DNA of 63,512 bases, counting the filler, from Sphacelaria rigidula (lineage: Eukaryota), in assembly GCA_964200075.2 (NCBI GenBank). It is 6 parts of 6 records of this genome, joined end to end, with 100 filler letters (N's around TTAATTAATTAA, not from the genome) between each part and the next. Parts side by side here need not be neighbours in the genome. Positions count along the whole stretch, not along the records: positions 31,808 to 42,309 come from CAXNAA020006380.1; positions 42,410 to 52,911 come from CAXNAA020006381.1; 4 more parts are not named here. The stretch is one strand, 5' to 3'. The notes beneath the pieces were generated by a model. It was not told where the DNA came from. It ran no database searches and was given only the letters and a program-made list of their open reading frames with translations. The position numbers and the translations under genes are program-made. Positions 38,753 through 51,439 of the stretch are shown here, in pieces (within the stretch, counting starts at the first letter, position 1; each line of letters opens with the position of its first letter).

Positions 38753-40083
38753 GTGAAGTTTTCCATGATCTTGAAAAGGCGTTTGTGGTTCGGGGTCGAC
38801 ACCTCGCGAAAAAGGGCCAGTTTGAGCGACTTTAGGTGGCCAGAACACGCGCCACAGGTATCACATGACACTCAAACCTGAACGGTAATGTACCGCTGAG
38901 CCTTCTTAGTGCGCTGCAAAAGAAAGCGCCCGGAAAAAATGCCTTGCCGCCAGAGAAAACACGGCAAAAGTGGTGAAAAATGTGAGATTATACTTGCACA
39001 TACAAGGTTCCCCCTAGGGAGGTTGATACGGGCCTCTCGGGGGTGGGGTAAGTCGAAAATATGTGGTCAAGAGGGGCTGTTGTATTTCGAAGTACAGTCG
39101 TGATCGTGGCTGTACAAAACATTGCATATGTTATCAGATGGTGCTTCGCTTTTTCGCTGCGAATGAGAGTTTGCATTTTTCTGGACAAAAGAGTGGCTTT
39201 GGCTGGCTGTTGGAATGCGTGGAACATTCCTGGAATGTTCTTTCTCGCTCGCGAAGCTCGCGGACATGTTCTTCCAGTGCTTCGTTTTTTCTCTGCACAT
39301 GATGAGAGTTGCGTTTTTTTCAAAAGCTGGCCGAACTTTTCACCGGGCCTTTTGCATCGGTCCTTTTTGTTCACCGGACCATTTTGTTAACGGGCATGTT
39401 TTTGCAGTGCTGTCGTTTTCCCCTGCACATGCAAGTTTGCATTTCTCTGGACATGAGAGTGGTGGTTCTTGTCTGAAACGATTGCACATTACTGTGGCTT
39501 TCATATCACCGGGCCTACTTTAAAAACAAGATGGTTGTTTCCTGAGGCAAAACAGTCCTGTGCTGCCGTGCTGCTGTGCCTTGTTCAACTCGTCAACGGC
39601 CCACCACACGGTCTTGTGTTTGCTGGTGACTAAGGCCAAGGCAATTTCCAATTGTTTTCAACTGCTTTACTCTCATGTTCTCATGACATTGGCGGCATCA
39701 CCGGTGTGTTTGTGCTCCCAAATGATCGAGAACGCGATAGAGAGAAACACGGAGGGAAAATACCCTGCCAAATGCAATCCTGTTTCAATTTTTCCATGAT
39801 CCTCAACAGGCTTTTGTGGTTCGAGTTTCTGTTTCAAGTTTTCTACGATCTTGAAAAGGTTTTTGTGGTTCGGGATCGACACCCCGCGAAAAAGGGCCAG
39901 TTTGAGCGACTTTCGGTGGCCACAACACGCGCCACAGGAATCAGATGACCCCCAAATCTGAACGTTCATGTACCACCAAGCCTTCTTAGTGCGCTGCAAT
40001 AGCAAGCGCGGGGGAAAATGTCTCGCCGCCAGAGAAAACTCGGCAAAAGTGGTGAAAAATGTGCAAATGATAAATGTACATAT
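38753..40083. repeat. ~250-bp diverged direct repeats (38753-39002 and 39835-40083)
   Basis: GATCTTGAAAAGG...CGCGAAAAAGGGCCAGTTTGAGCGACTTT...CGGCAAAAGTGGTGAAAAATGTG in both copies. Confidence 0.85.
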
Positions 40084-40775
40084 ACTATATCTATATATGT
40101 ACATCAACGCTGATAAGCATATCATGGAACAGTGAAGGGGGTTGGTAGTCTCATCTCGGAGCTAGCGCGGCAAGCCGTTAGGGCGTACGTATCCCATACG
40201 AACAACGTGGAAAGTGTACGCCTGCACTCTGTACCCGCTCATGTTTCTAGAAAAAGCGCACCCTCGACTTTTTCGGGACCGGGGTTGACTAACCGGGGAC
40301 GACGGCTCCTTGTGAACCGGGGTCATTCCCACAATAAAACGACTGAAAATGACGATTCACAAGCGGACCTTGCGTGCAGATCATGTCGTCACCCTTCGTT
40401 AGTGGGACTCCGATCCCCCCAGAAGGATTGACGAGCGCCAGCCGTTTCACAACATATGAGGTTGACCGAGCTCCAGCGTCGATACCCCTATCGCTGCGGC
40501 TGAACAGACCCTCTCTGTTTCCCAGCCATTATAGCACATACTATGCCTTTCGTCCTCCTCAGCACCTAATTCTGGCAATTCATCCAGCACTGGATCTGTG
40601 GTTCTCGATATATAATCCTACCGTAGAGGTGGATATTTGCAAGGTTGTATTTTGCACTGGAGGATATACCCGGAAGTGTGAGATTTTTGTCGACATTTCC
40701 GTCACCATAGACATCTGTATCGTACACTCCGGTATGGTTCGGAAGGGTATTTTTCCGACAAAATCCCTCTTGCAT

Positions 40776-41131
40776 GTGTTGTGTGTGTTGTCATCTCATC
40801 TCTTCTAGACGCCGGTCTACACCTTTCGGTATATGTGGGAGCACCAGCCGGGGTCACACAGCACGAAGGCAGAGACAGTTTTTTGTTTGTTGGTAGTTCT
40901 TCATCTCCCTGCGGTGCTTGCCTATATTTTTTCTCGCGAGAGGGGTTCAGCAGCCCCTTTCCCTCGTCGACCGTGAAGTCGATTTTTGGGTACCCACGAC
41001 ACAGTCGCTCTCTAGTGTTGAGCGTTGTGTGAGAAAAAATCCCAGATCGTGTGACTGCACCGAGATTCGAACCTACGACACAACGGTCAGAAGGTTTCGA
41101 GGTCACCAACTGAGACAGCGGGGCGACCGGC
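40776..41131 (-). mobile_element. SINE family 1, full length (~355 bp)
   Basis: tRNA-like head with A/B boxes, conserved body, (CA)n tail. Confidence 0.88.
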
Positions 41132-41322
41132 AACTTTCATTACTTATGTAAATATTGGAATTTCAGCCGGTATATCCCATGAAACACAACCTTAGGTCTT
41201 GTGCACGTGGTGTCCAAGCGGCTACACTATCTCACGACCGTCTCGTAGGCGGGCCTCATAGAAAAAAACTGAAATGCCGTGCACTCAGAGCGCAGTTCGT
41301 AGCATGTTTTTTCGGTACCTTG

Positions 41323-41581
41323 CAAGGGTCGGACAAATCAATGATTCGTCTGGAAATTACTTAATTTTAGTATAATTGATTCGAATCGTACGAATCAATC
41401 CCCAGGATTTTTCCTTAGCGTTGCAACCTAGGTACACGCAGCCCACACACGTGGAATGGCGCGAAAGTTGCATGGATACCCCTTGGACCAGCGGTCAACT
41501 TTTTTTCCCTCTTTTGGGCAATCAGGCCGGAGAAATCGTGGACTTGGTGATTCGGACCCGTGATGATTCGTCCTAACGGTG
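41323..41581. mobile_element. hAT-like MITE, 259 bp
   Basis: Imperfect TIR CAAGGGTCGGACAAATCA / TGATTCGTCCTAACGGTG; TSD GTACCTTG / CTACCTTG; related to 10604-10669 and 10990-11485. Confidence 0.8.
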
Positions 41582-41589
41582 CTACCTTG

Positions 41590-42054
41590 CAAGGGTTTGC
41601 TGGGTAGGGTAAATACCCGGGAGCTTACTCTCCCGAATTTCGTGTTGCGGAGGTCCGAGCTCCAAATTCTTCCCAAATATTGAGTGAAGCTACCGTAGTT
41701 GTGCGGGTCATCGCACACCCCCCGGACCGAATTTCAAAGCTCGATTACTCTACAACAAGAAGAGCATCAGTTCTGAAAAGGGTGACGCTGAAAAGACCTC
41801 GTCGATAGCTGCCCGAAAACGCGTTGTTCGGTATTGGTACCCCCTTCGTCATGGAGTAATCGAGCTTTGAAATTCGGTCCAGGGGGTGTGCTATGACTCG
41901 CACAATCACGGTATTATAGGTACGATCGCATAACCCCAACCAATATCGGGGTATTGTTGAGCACGATCTTAATACTCTACCCAAGTGTTGGGTGCTCAGA
42001 GTACGATTCTTGAAATTTTTCGTACGTGAGAATATCCTACCCAACACAATCTTG
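41590..42054. mobile_element. hAT-like MITE, 465 bp
   Basis: TIR CAAGGGTTTGCTGGGTAGGGTA / TATCCTACCCAACACAATCTTG; TSD CTACCTTG / GTACCTTG. Confidence 0.8.
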
Positions 42055-42058
42055 GTAC

Positions 42059-42214
42059 CTTGTTATACAACCCGGGTGCCGCTGGCGCCCCTCCCCCCGC
42101 CCCATCTTCCCCCCTGAGAGCCTCTCGTTTCGCCGTCTGCTCCTCCATAGCTGCTCGGGCCGCTGCTAGTTCCATCATTATCTCATCCTCATCACCACCG
42201 GCGTCATCAAGGTC
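42059..42214 (-). CDS. EBP2: EBP2, first visible exon
   Basis: DLDDAGGDEDEIMMELAAARAAMEEQTAKREALRGEDGAGGGAPAAPGLYNK; branch point CACTAAC plus CAG acceptor; phase-0 join YNK|AGL. Confidence 0.85.
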
Positions 42215-42309
42215 CTGGACGAGAGTTAGTGCGGTGCGCGCGCGCGAGGGGAGGAGGGGGGGGGGGGGGGGGGGACTCAAGGACATACAGTCCAGAGCGA
42301 CCGAAACGG

Positions 42310-42409
42310 NNNNNNNNNNNNNNNNNNNNNNNNNNNNNNNNNNNNNNNNNNNNTTAATTAATTAANNNNNNNNNNNNNNNNNNNNNNNNNNNNNNNNNNN
42401 NNNNNNNNN
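42310..42409. other. Artificial contig spacer
   Basis: N-TTAATTAATTAA-N, 100 bp. Confidence 0.98.
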
Positions 42410-42507
42410 TCTCCCGGGGAGCGGTTGATTCTCATTTCAAAATACGTTCTTATTTTTTTGGCAACCCTGTTAAGTGACCAACCCTCGCGCTCAAAGGGTT
42501 AACCTTG

Positions 42508-42990
42508 GGCCGCTCCTTGTAACAGACAAAAATATAAATCTGGAAAGGTGACTTTTTGGAGCTTTGACGTCGTTTACGCCCCAAAAGAGAGCTAGGCGGA
42601 GTTTGACACCGTCGAATGACTTGCTCTACTAGTTGAGGCGATCCCAGGACATGTTCCCGTTTTCCGGTGGCCGCAGGTTTCATTTTGGCCAAACAAGTAT
42701 TTTTGTCGAAGAATGGTAAAAAACAGTCAAGTCCAGACAAAAATCGGCAATTTTTTGTAGATTTGAGTTGTTTTTACCGTTTTCGGACAAAAGTTCTTGT
42801 TTGGCCATGATGAAAACTGCGCCCACCGGAAAACGTGAAGATGCCCTGCAACCCCTTCAAATAGTAGAGCAAGTCATTATAACGTGTCAAACTCCGCCTA
42901 GCATTTTTTTAGGTCGTGAAACGACGTAAAAGCTCCAAAAAATGCACCTCTTCAGATTTCTATTCTTGTCTATTATTATAAGGGGCGGCC
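42508..42990. mobile_element. Foldback MITE, ~480 bp
   Basis: GCTAGGCGGAGTTTGACAC...AATGACTTGCTCTACTA mirrored by TAGTAGAGCAAGTCATT...GTGTCAAACTCCGCCTAGC; related arm at ~20790-20945. Confidence 0.85.
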
Positions 42991-43150
42991 TTCAACCGTG
43001 ATGCGGGTAGTCCATCTGGGTCATTTGACAGGAAGTCCTACATATAGCCGTAGGCGTTATGACACGGGACTGTCAAGAACGAGTGATATATGAGCGCCAC
43101 ACGTCGCCAGTTCTTCACTGATTATCGATTCCTACCCACCGAGGAACAGC

Positions 43151-43918
43151 ATGGAAAGTAGGAACCGATTTGAGACAGCTCCGACGGCGACGGCTCGCCC
43201 CGGTGCACGTGGGCTCGCCCTCTCCTTTCGCACACTACTTCCAAACTCCTACAACCCAACCGTCAACTACCTCGCTATGGTCCCTGACACGCTGGATATG
43301 TCCGCCCCGGAGGAGATACCCTCCGCCGACGCCCTCCACGGGCTGGTCTATGAGGTGCGGGGGGCCATCCCCATCATAAACCCAAAAAAGATGATCGCGG
43401 TGTTGGGCCTCACCGCGGACGAAACACCACTAAACCAGCTCCTGTGTGTTTGTGCAGACATCCTCGCACAGTCCACATCCGTGAACATTGCGACGCTTCT
43501 GCAACCTTCCATAGCAGCAAGTGTCACCCCCGACGCGCGAAGGGACCTTCAGACCCGTGCCCTGCTGAAAGCATCGGTGGACCATCTGTGGGCTACCGAC
43601 AAAACCACCCACGGTGGCTTGAAGAAAGTAGGCGATGTCCTCGTGCTTCCCGGCGCGTTCCCCCCGCCCTCCACACCATCACCACCGCTACCATCCCCCC
43701 CTCTGCTGCCACCGCGACCAACGTCCCAACCCCATGCCCCGGTGGACCTCACCGACCCTCTACCAGAACGCCAAAAACTTTCGGGATCGGCGCTCTCTGA
43801 TGCGGGAGACAGCACACATGGCAAGCCCGACCGGAGCGCAGCTGGCGCCGCTTCGGCAGAGGAGGAGGAGGACAGCGACGAGGAATGATTGCTTACACGG
43901 ATTCACCCCCGGCGGCAG
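43151..43918 (+). pseudogene. Uncharacterised ORF or exon (245 aa, then an in-frame TGA, then a donor), possibly TE-derived
   Basis: Longest ORF in the window, with Pro-rich and acidic tracts; frame continues 10 codons past the TGA to CAG|GTGAGA. Confidence 0.5.
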
Positions 43919-44989
43919 GTGAGATTTCCCATTTGTTTTCAAGCACGCACGCTCAGTACAGTATATTAGAGGCCTCCCAGCCGTAGGAATAGCGTCCCAC
44001 TGTCCCGCAACATACCTCATGCATAAGCTAACGCAGCCCCATCAAATGAGAGTGCACTATTATACTGTAATATAGGCGCAGCCCTATGCCCTGCCCAGCT
44101 CACGCAAAACTACAGTAAGTAAGTACACTGTTGTACTGAAAAATTGGGCAGCTCTATATCTCCGCAAGCTTCACACCATATTACAGTACGTACACTATTA
44201 TACTGTGATATCTATGTAGCTGCGAGTATATCTTCCCGCAAACCCGCAAAGGTAGAGCGCACAGCACAACTACACCGCAGGCCGACAGCCCAAGGTTGCA
44301 TGGTGCCCAACCCTTGTACGGAAACACGAGACCCCTGAGACAACACACCCGCACGTCTGTCGTACAGTGTGCTCGTCCCACTTCCACCCGCGACGTCGTG
44401 CACTCAGCACACTCAATACCCCATACGCATGTACAGCCCTACCTACCCGTCACGTGCTTCATACATCCCCTTGGTTGTACTACCAGTCAGTAGCTATTGA
44501 CTGAACACGCACCGTTCCTTCCTCACGAGGCAGCACCAGGAGCTCCCGTGCTCTCCATGACCCTCGCACGCAGAACCCCGTTCGGATCACGATATTCTTT
44601 GCCTGGGTATACCTCACATAGTAATACGCTGGGAGGCGCTCACATTGCTGATTAGCAGGCACTTAACCTCAATACTTCCCCGGTAATTGATCCCGGCCCG
44701 TCTCCATATGTCTAGTAGCCTACCGGCGATCTTCACAGCGCACGAGCGCTACGATAAGCACACGCCGTGTCTCTTGTCAGTACAGATGCCTACACCGCAG
44801 CACTTAAGCGCTGGCCTTGAAAACGCGGCTCGCGACAACATCGTTGTTGCTGCGTTTCCCCCCCCCCCCCCCACCCGCCGCCCGCCCCCGCCCCGGAGGA
44901 AAACGAAAACAAAACACAATCAAACAAGTGCACAGAGGGGTGCGCCGTTCACGCCCACCCGAATCGCAGCCACCCATCTAATCTCGATT

Positions 44990-45860
44990 TAGGCCAGTAC
45001 AGCATCGGTTCCGATGCAACACAGCTCACGCCCGCCCGACCCCTTGTGGGCTGTACAGTACATGAAGCACCGTACACGCGCAGCCCGGATAGCACCGATG
45101 AGTACACCATTACAAGTACACGGCAGGCACGGGAGACTCCGTACACGTCCAGTTCGCCGTCGTGGACCGTACAGTACATAAAGCACCGTACACGCGCAGC
45201 ACAGATAGCATAAATGAATACACCATTACAAGTACACGGCAGGCGCAGGAGGCTCCGTACACGTTCAGTGTGCCGTCGCCCATCCAGTACAGATTCGGGC
45301 CAGTACGGTATCGATTCGGATGCTGCACGGTTCACACCCGCCCGACCCCGTCGCCCGTACAGTACTTCTAGCACAGTCCACGCCCATCTGCCTCGGCCCT
45401 TTGCCGCCGGTACAGTACCCTTGAAAGCGCAGCACAGTACAAGCGCTGCCGAGATGCGGCAGCGCACAAGTCCCCATGGCTTTTAGCCGCCTGTAGAGTA
45501 CAGAGTGGGACCGGCACAAGAACACGTCCACCCAGTCCATCGGCGCCCACACAACACAGGTGGGGGCGTTAGCACAGTACACGTGCGGATGACGCAACGC
45601 ACACGCCCGTACAACCCTTACCGCATAGTACACGCTCACTCGGCTCGTCCCTTCGCCGCCGATACAGTACACTTCGGAGCGTAGCACAGTACCAGCGCCA
45701 CCGAATCGCGGCATTGCACGAGCCCGCCTGGCCTTCAGCCGCCTGTCGAGTACAACCCGGGACCGGCACAAACACACACCAGCCCGGTTCTTCGCCGCCC
45801 ACACAGTACGGGTGGGGGTGTAGCAGTACACATGAGATGACGCGAAGCACAGTACACGCT
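44990..45860. repeat. Complex degenerate tandem repeats (~115-bp and ~260-bp periods)
   Basis: AAGCACCGTACACGCGCAGC...TACACCATTACAAGTACACGGCAGGC twice; GCACAGTAC...AGCCGCCTGT...GGGACCGGCACAA twice. Confidence 0.8.
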
Positions 45861-46246
45861 CGCTTTTACCCACGCAGCATCACAGAACCCTATGCTATGC
45901 CAGAAACCCGGCAAGCTGAAGTACGCTGAACCCCGACTCAATACTTAACGGTCCCACCAAATACATACCGCCCGCTCAGACGTGTTTTGTACTAGCCCAA
46001 TCAGCGCCTTCATCCCAAGTCCGTATGACCGCTCATGCGCAGTACTCAGCATTTGTACACGCGGTTTGTGAGCACACCAGGCCACCACTTCTGCTACGTG
46101 AAAGCGAGACCGCTCCAGCCTGAGAGTCCGACAGCACAACAACAGCCGCACGACCCCGTTCGCCCGACCCGTTCCATGTTGTATCCCCAACACTGTAATT
46201 CGAATTAAGGATTAGCCAAGCAGCAGCGGGCGCTCACCCTCTTCAG

Positions 46247-46525
46247 GATGCACGCTTCACGCCCCTCACGCACGTCACGGATCAACTCGACATCATGTTT
46301 GCCCACCTAGCTGCGATGGAACGGTTGGCCGAGGGGCAGCCCTCACTCCATCACGAGATGGAGTGGGTGCGGAACCTCCGCAACGATGTTGAGGACAGTC
46401 TCGCGCGGCGCTCGCCGGCGTTAATTGCCCTGCTCCTCCACAAACGGTTTGGTGCCACCTCCTCCCGGCGGTCGCCGGCAGCAAACAAGGCTCTCCAGGC
46501 AGAGATGAAGGAGATAGCGACGTGA
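46247..46525 (+). pseudogene. Probable downstream exon of the 43151 ORF
   Basis: CCCTCTTCAG acceptor in phase 0; helical-looking DQLDIMFAHLAAMERLAEG...WVRNLRNDVEDSLARR. Confidence 0.45.
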
Positions 46526-46677
46526 ATGGTCGGTAGGCAAACTGCCCTGGAGACCGCCCCGGGTTGTTCAATGCCTACCACCGCGATTTCTCCACCACCT
46601 GTTTCTGCCAGTACCATGCCCATGTTGTATGGTGGAGTATATTATGTGTGCGCTATAAACACTGTACAGCATATTAA

Positions 46678-47710
46678 CCCTTTTGGGACCGAGCCTCCAG
46701 AGCGATCAATGAGGCTGGTTGGGAATGACGTGTCTGGCGTCTGCACGAAACAGTGGCGTGTGAAAATCCGCCTATGTAACCGCAGGGTCATGACGAAGAC
46801 CGAAACTTTTATCCGATCTATTTTCAGGTGCCGGGTGCGCATTAGGTAGTGTACATCTGATGTAGCAAGCAGAATGGGTCGCGGTCGAGAGCTTCCAACA
46901 GGATACGGCGACCGGCGGGCCGCCCGCCACTTGTCGCTTTGGATGGTATTTTTGTCCTCATCACCTTTCCACACAGTCCTTTGTGGTCGGGGTGGGCCGT
47001 CATTTCCCTCTTCGTTGCATGTGGCAAAACCTCTTCGAAGGGTAAATCAGCTTTGCGGCGCGCATACATACAGTATAGTACAATACAAGTACAACAGTGC
47101 AGTACGCCTCCCCGACTGCAGTAGCAGCTATCGTTGCATCCTCCCTTGCACGTTTTGGGCAACTCTCAGCCACCGAGATCAACTGCCTATACACCGTTTC
47201 TTCATCCCCGCCTACTACATGTTAAATGTACACTGCAGGTCATCGGCATCGGGATTAGCAGAATTCATTATGGTAGCTCCTTTTGTCTTCCCACGGCCCA
47301 CCTGGGTTTAGTGCCTCGTTGACCACATTGTAGCATGTACACTGCTTCCTGGTTTTTTCCGGTCCACCCTGTGTTAGTACAAAGTACTGCGTTGCAGTAT
47401 AGAATTTGTACCCAAAACATACCCCGGAAAAACTCGGGAACGCTATACTGAGTGCAAGTAATACCATAAAAACAAGCTGCGACCACCCTGCACTTGAGAA
47501 CCTGGGGAGGCTTATCTGGGCCAGGGATAGGGCCTCCACACGATCTTTGCAGTGGCATCACACTCGACAACAGTCCCCGCGTTGGTCGTTCAGGTCTGGT
47601 CGAAAAACTTCGCCTCGCCGTGATGGGGTAGGTCACTCGAAGACTTCTTTTGTTTTATTCTACGAACACAGGGTCAACCCTGTGTCAGTGGGGGTTCGGT
47701 CCCAAAAGGG
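46678..47710. mobile_element. piggyBac-like non-autonomous element, 1033 bp
   Basis: TTAA|CCCTTTTGGGACCGA ... TCGGTCCCAAAAGGG|TTAA. Confidence 0.92.
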
Positions 47711-47744
47711 TTAACAACAATGAACAGTACTCGGGGTGACGAAA

Positions 47745-47910
47745 CCCTGTGAAGCGTACTGTGCGGCGCAAAACCACCTCTATAGCCAAATCCCCGCGAG
47801 AAGCACTGCACAGTTTCCCTGGAGCCCTGTGAAGCGTACTGTGTGGCGCAGAAAAAATAACCTGCAGCCAAATCCCCGCGAGAAACACTGCTCAGTTTCC
47901 CTGAACCCTG
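47745..47910. repeat. ~80-bp tandem duplication
   Basis: CCCTGTGAAGCGTACTGTG...AGCCAAATCCCCGCGAGAA...CAGTTTCCCTG twice. Confidence 0.9.
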
Positions 47911-49605
47911 TAGACGTGCGACACAGGATGCTATCTGTCCACGTGTGCAAGCACGGACGAGGATACTTCGTCCAAACTCAAACCCTAGCCAATCAGTTCG
48001 AGGGCCACTTACGGTACGTACAGCCGACCATAAAACGACTGCGGAGAGATTGTCACATCATCTCTAGTTAACTGTGTGGAGCATGAGAAGTTGAATCTTA
48101 GACTGAAGAACGGCACATACACTGGATTATGTTTCCTCGCCTTTCTTACCCGCTAAAGCTTCTCATCAGTAGCCGCAGAAGATGAAACGAAGGCAGGGAG
48201 GCCAAAAGCCGATCATACCTATCCCCCTTAACAGCGTCAACGGGTAGAACACATGACGGGAAACGAGAATAAAAAATAATGTCTGACAAATCATTCAAGC
48301 TGCCAAAACGAAATAGGCGAAACTATAGTGCATGAAAGTACCCCGGAATAAGAAACTTCCCAAAAGAGTGGCATATCCAAGAGATGAGATTTCTGCGTAA
48401 TATACATGCACCAAGACACGAAAAATTCGGCATACAGTGGGCGCAGCTTCACCAAATATGGGTCCATCCAATACCCATATCTTGTCGGCGCATCCCATCA
48501 AGCGGATCGGAGGAAACGATACTCACTACCTTTGATACCATCGTCGCCCACAGAAGAAGCACAAGCTACACAAAAACAACGGGCCAACAACGAGCCAAAC
48601 AAGAACAGCTCTCCAGGTTCAGCGTGTGACAATTAGCCCAGGTCACCGAAAAACATATCACTCCTGTACTTGTACTTCTGCGTGGCGAAGCATCTTCAAG
48701 CTGCCCATATGTGCCCGTCACTTCTCCCAGCAAGGCCTCGAAGTGATAGTGCTGGGATAATGTATTGCATGGCGAAATATCGCTCCGTACTAGATAGTAG
48801 GGGATGGGTACACGAGATATGTGAAACGAGACAGGTTCAAATTGCCGTCTCGTGGACGTGAAGTCACGGTAGAGATTATGCGAGAAGCTGACATCTGTTT
48901 ACATACATGCAATTGTGAAAGCATGCGAACTTTGCTGTTCCTCTCTCTCTTACCGACTATGGGACCGTTCAAATTTGCCGAAACGTCGCTCCGGACTACC
49001 GAAAAGTAAGGGTCTATGACGAAAATCTGGCTGGCGTCACAGGTCGAAGATACGCCGCTCCTAGGAACATCCGAGGAGGGAACGAACGGAAACAATCGAT
49101 AAAATATAATTCTGTACCACGAAATAACTCCCAAGAAGCCTTGGGAGCATACTCATAACATGTGAGCGGAATCACACGAAATCAAGGATAAGTGCTGATT
49201 CCATTCCATCATACTGTTCGAAACAGCTGCGTCACCTGTTCCATCTCACCCTTCGTCCAAGCGTAAAACAAAGTATGGCACAATATATATATATATGACG
49301 GGCACTGAATATCATTATGACTATACTTGAAGTTTTCTTCCAACATACTTGCGTATCCACGCGAAGAAATAAAAAGGGAGAGAACGTATGTCCATGTATG
49401 CAAATCACAAAACGTACGTCACTCTATTTAGGAACGTTAAGCACCCAAGGCCACCCCAAAACCAATAGAAACCCGAGGGAACGCGTATACATACATGCCG
49501 AGAAAATGAGAAAATGATTCTTGGGGGACGGGACAAGACCCTTTCCAACATGAACCGAGACCACAACCGGGGCCAAAGCGCGAACAAATTATCGTTACGG
49601 AACGC

Positions 49606-49932
49606 CTAAATGGCTTCCAACATGAAGCCCTCTGAAGGCGACAAGGCTTCGCACTGATGGTATTCCCGCACCATTCGAGACATCTCCGCCCAGTTCGGGT
49701 CGTTCCGTCTCAGACTCAGCTCTAACCCACGCATCATGTGGAGCGGACTGAACGCGATGATGTCCTCCTCCAGATCGTGTTCCCACATGTCCGTCAACAC
49801 CCGGATATTTTCGGAGATGGATATTGCTGCAGCTGAAAAGCTGTTTTCGCTGCTCACGAAAACATCTGCGGCCGCTATGCACTCCAAAGCATCCGCCGCT
49901 GTCAGGCCTGGGTCATTCAGCAGTACAATGCT
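49606..49932 (-). CDS. Terminal exon of a glycosyltransferase-like (fucosyltransferase motif III-like) protein
   Basis: CTGCAG acceptor; DALECIAAADVFVSSENSFSAAAISIS resembles the D...L..AD.F..S.SSFS..A motif; open to TAG. Confidence 0.55.
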   Translation of the reverse strand, partial: SIVLLNDPGLTAADALECIAAADVFVSSENSFSAAAISISENIRVLTDMWEHDLEEDIIAFSPLHMMRGLELSLRRNDPNWAEMSRMVREYHQCEALSPSEGFMLEAI

Positions 49933-51439
49933 CTGCAGCCCAAACATCCCACAAAAAAGCACGTCGAAAGGGGTATGGAACGTCCATGATTTCATATCAC
50001 CAGACACACGGTCCTGGCAGCTTCAGGGTTAGTTGGAAAAATCTTGGTCACGATCCGAAGCTAACCTGAAAAATGCTCCCATGTTTTCCGTCTATACAGA
50101 CCAGCTCCATTTTCGAAAGACATGAAATTTAGTCGCGGCTTTACGGTCCAATCACGGAGAATACGATCTAGACTCATTCCTCCTCGTACATGAGACAAGA
50201 ATCACCTCACCATCTACCATGGGGAGGCGTTTCAGGTCCATCCTCTTGTTATAAGATTGCCTGGGATACCCACTCACCTGCTTTCCACGGGCCGGGCCTG
50301 TTCATATTATTCCGATGTCATATTCGACCTCGTGTGCACGGCAGCGTTGTAGTCAAGGATAAAACACTGTATCTCTTTCATTCTACACCCCTACGACATC
50401 TGCTTCTGCCATTGTAGGAAGGACTGTGCGCTTTCCCCTACCTACCAGGACAGTGGAATGAAGTGGGGTTTCTGGCTGTTAAGTTTCGTTGTTCTTTGTA
50501 AAGACCAGCGGTGGGCGGGTCGGATTGAATGCTGGAGAGAGCTTCAAGTTACCGCTCCACCTCATCAGATCGCTTCTTATGCAGGTCTCGAGACAACCTG
50601 GGCTGAACAAGAATCCTATTCGTGTCAGACGGTCGTATCGCTTGAACAGCGGGTGAGGATTAGGCTGAGGTGAGGGCAAGCTGAGAATATCGTTCGGCTG
50701 GTCATGGCGCTTACGCGAAGCCATTCAGCTCAGAAATCCAACCAGTTGGTGCCGTGAAACTCGCGTTTCCGTGTTAAGACTTTCGACGTATCAACGTTCT
50801 GTGTCGGATATTTCTAAGATTTCTCATGGGAGGAACATATTCAAGGTTATCTGAAGCTTTTTGACCGTGTAACTGTAAATCTTGAGGCAAAAAGGAAAGC
50901 GGTGAATTTTCATGATTCACCGTCGTTTGAAAGCCATAAACGAAACCTTGGAACCCAATACTGCATGTGCGTTCGTATCCAGAGCGATTTGGTGTGAAAC
51001 TCGCACATATCGCCACGCACCACTCAATGTTTCTAATCGGGACCCGAAGACTCGTAATTCACAATGGACTCGCTGACAAAAACTATACTTGTCTTTTTTC
51101 CGCTCTTTCCTAACGTGCGACCAAACAACAATGGACCAAACATCAGGGCTTCGGCAAGAAAGGAAAACCGCAGTCTTCGGCAAGAAAGGAACTGAATGCC
51201 GGTTGCATACACCTCTCTAATGTTGTCATCAAGGTCATTACTGAAAAAACCGACAGCAAAATACACGTACATACCAGTCTTTTTCAAGTCAAAATGATGC
51301 TTGCCACACCCCGAGAAACATTTTCGCTCAAAAAGCGCAACCCCACCATAGCATCACTCTTGCATGTTTCTGAGCAGTTGTCGGCTAGAGGTATTCTGAT
51401 CAATACTCCACACTGTTACCAACCGGCACCACAGGCACG

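Noticed and set aside
48950-48995. Penelope-type hammerhead (GCCGAAACGTCG)
   Set aside because: No intact CTGANGA core upstream
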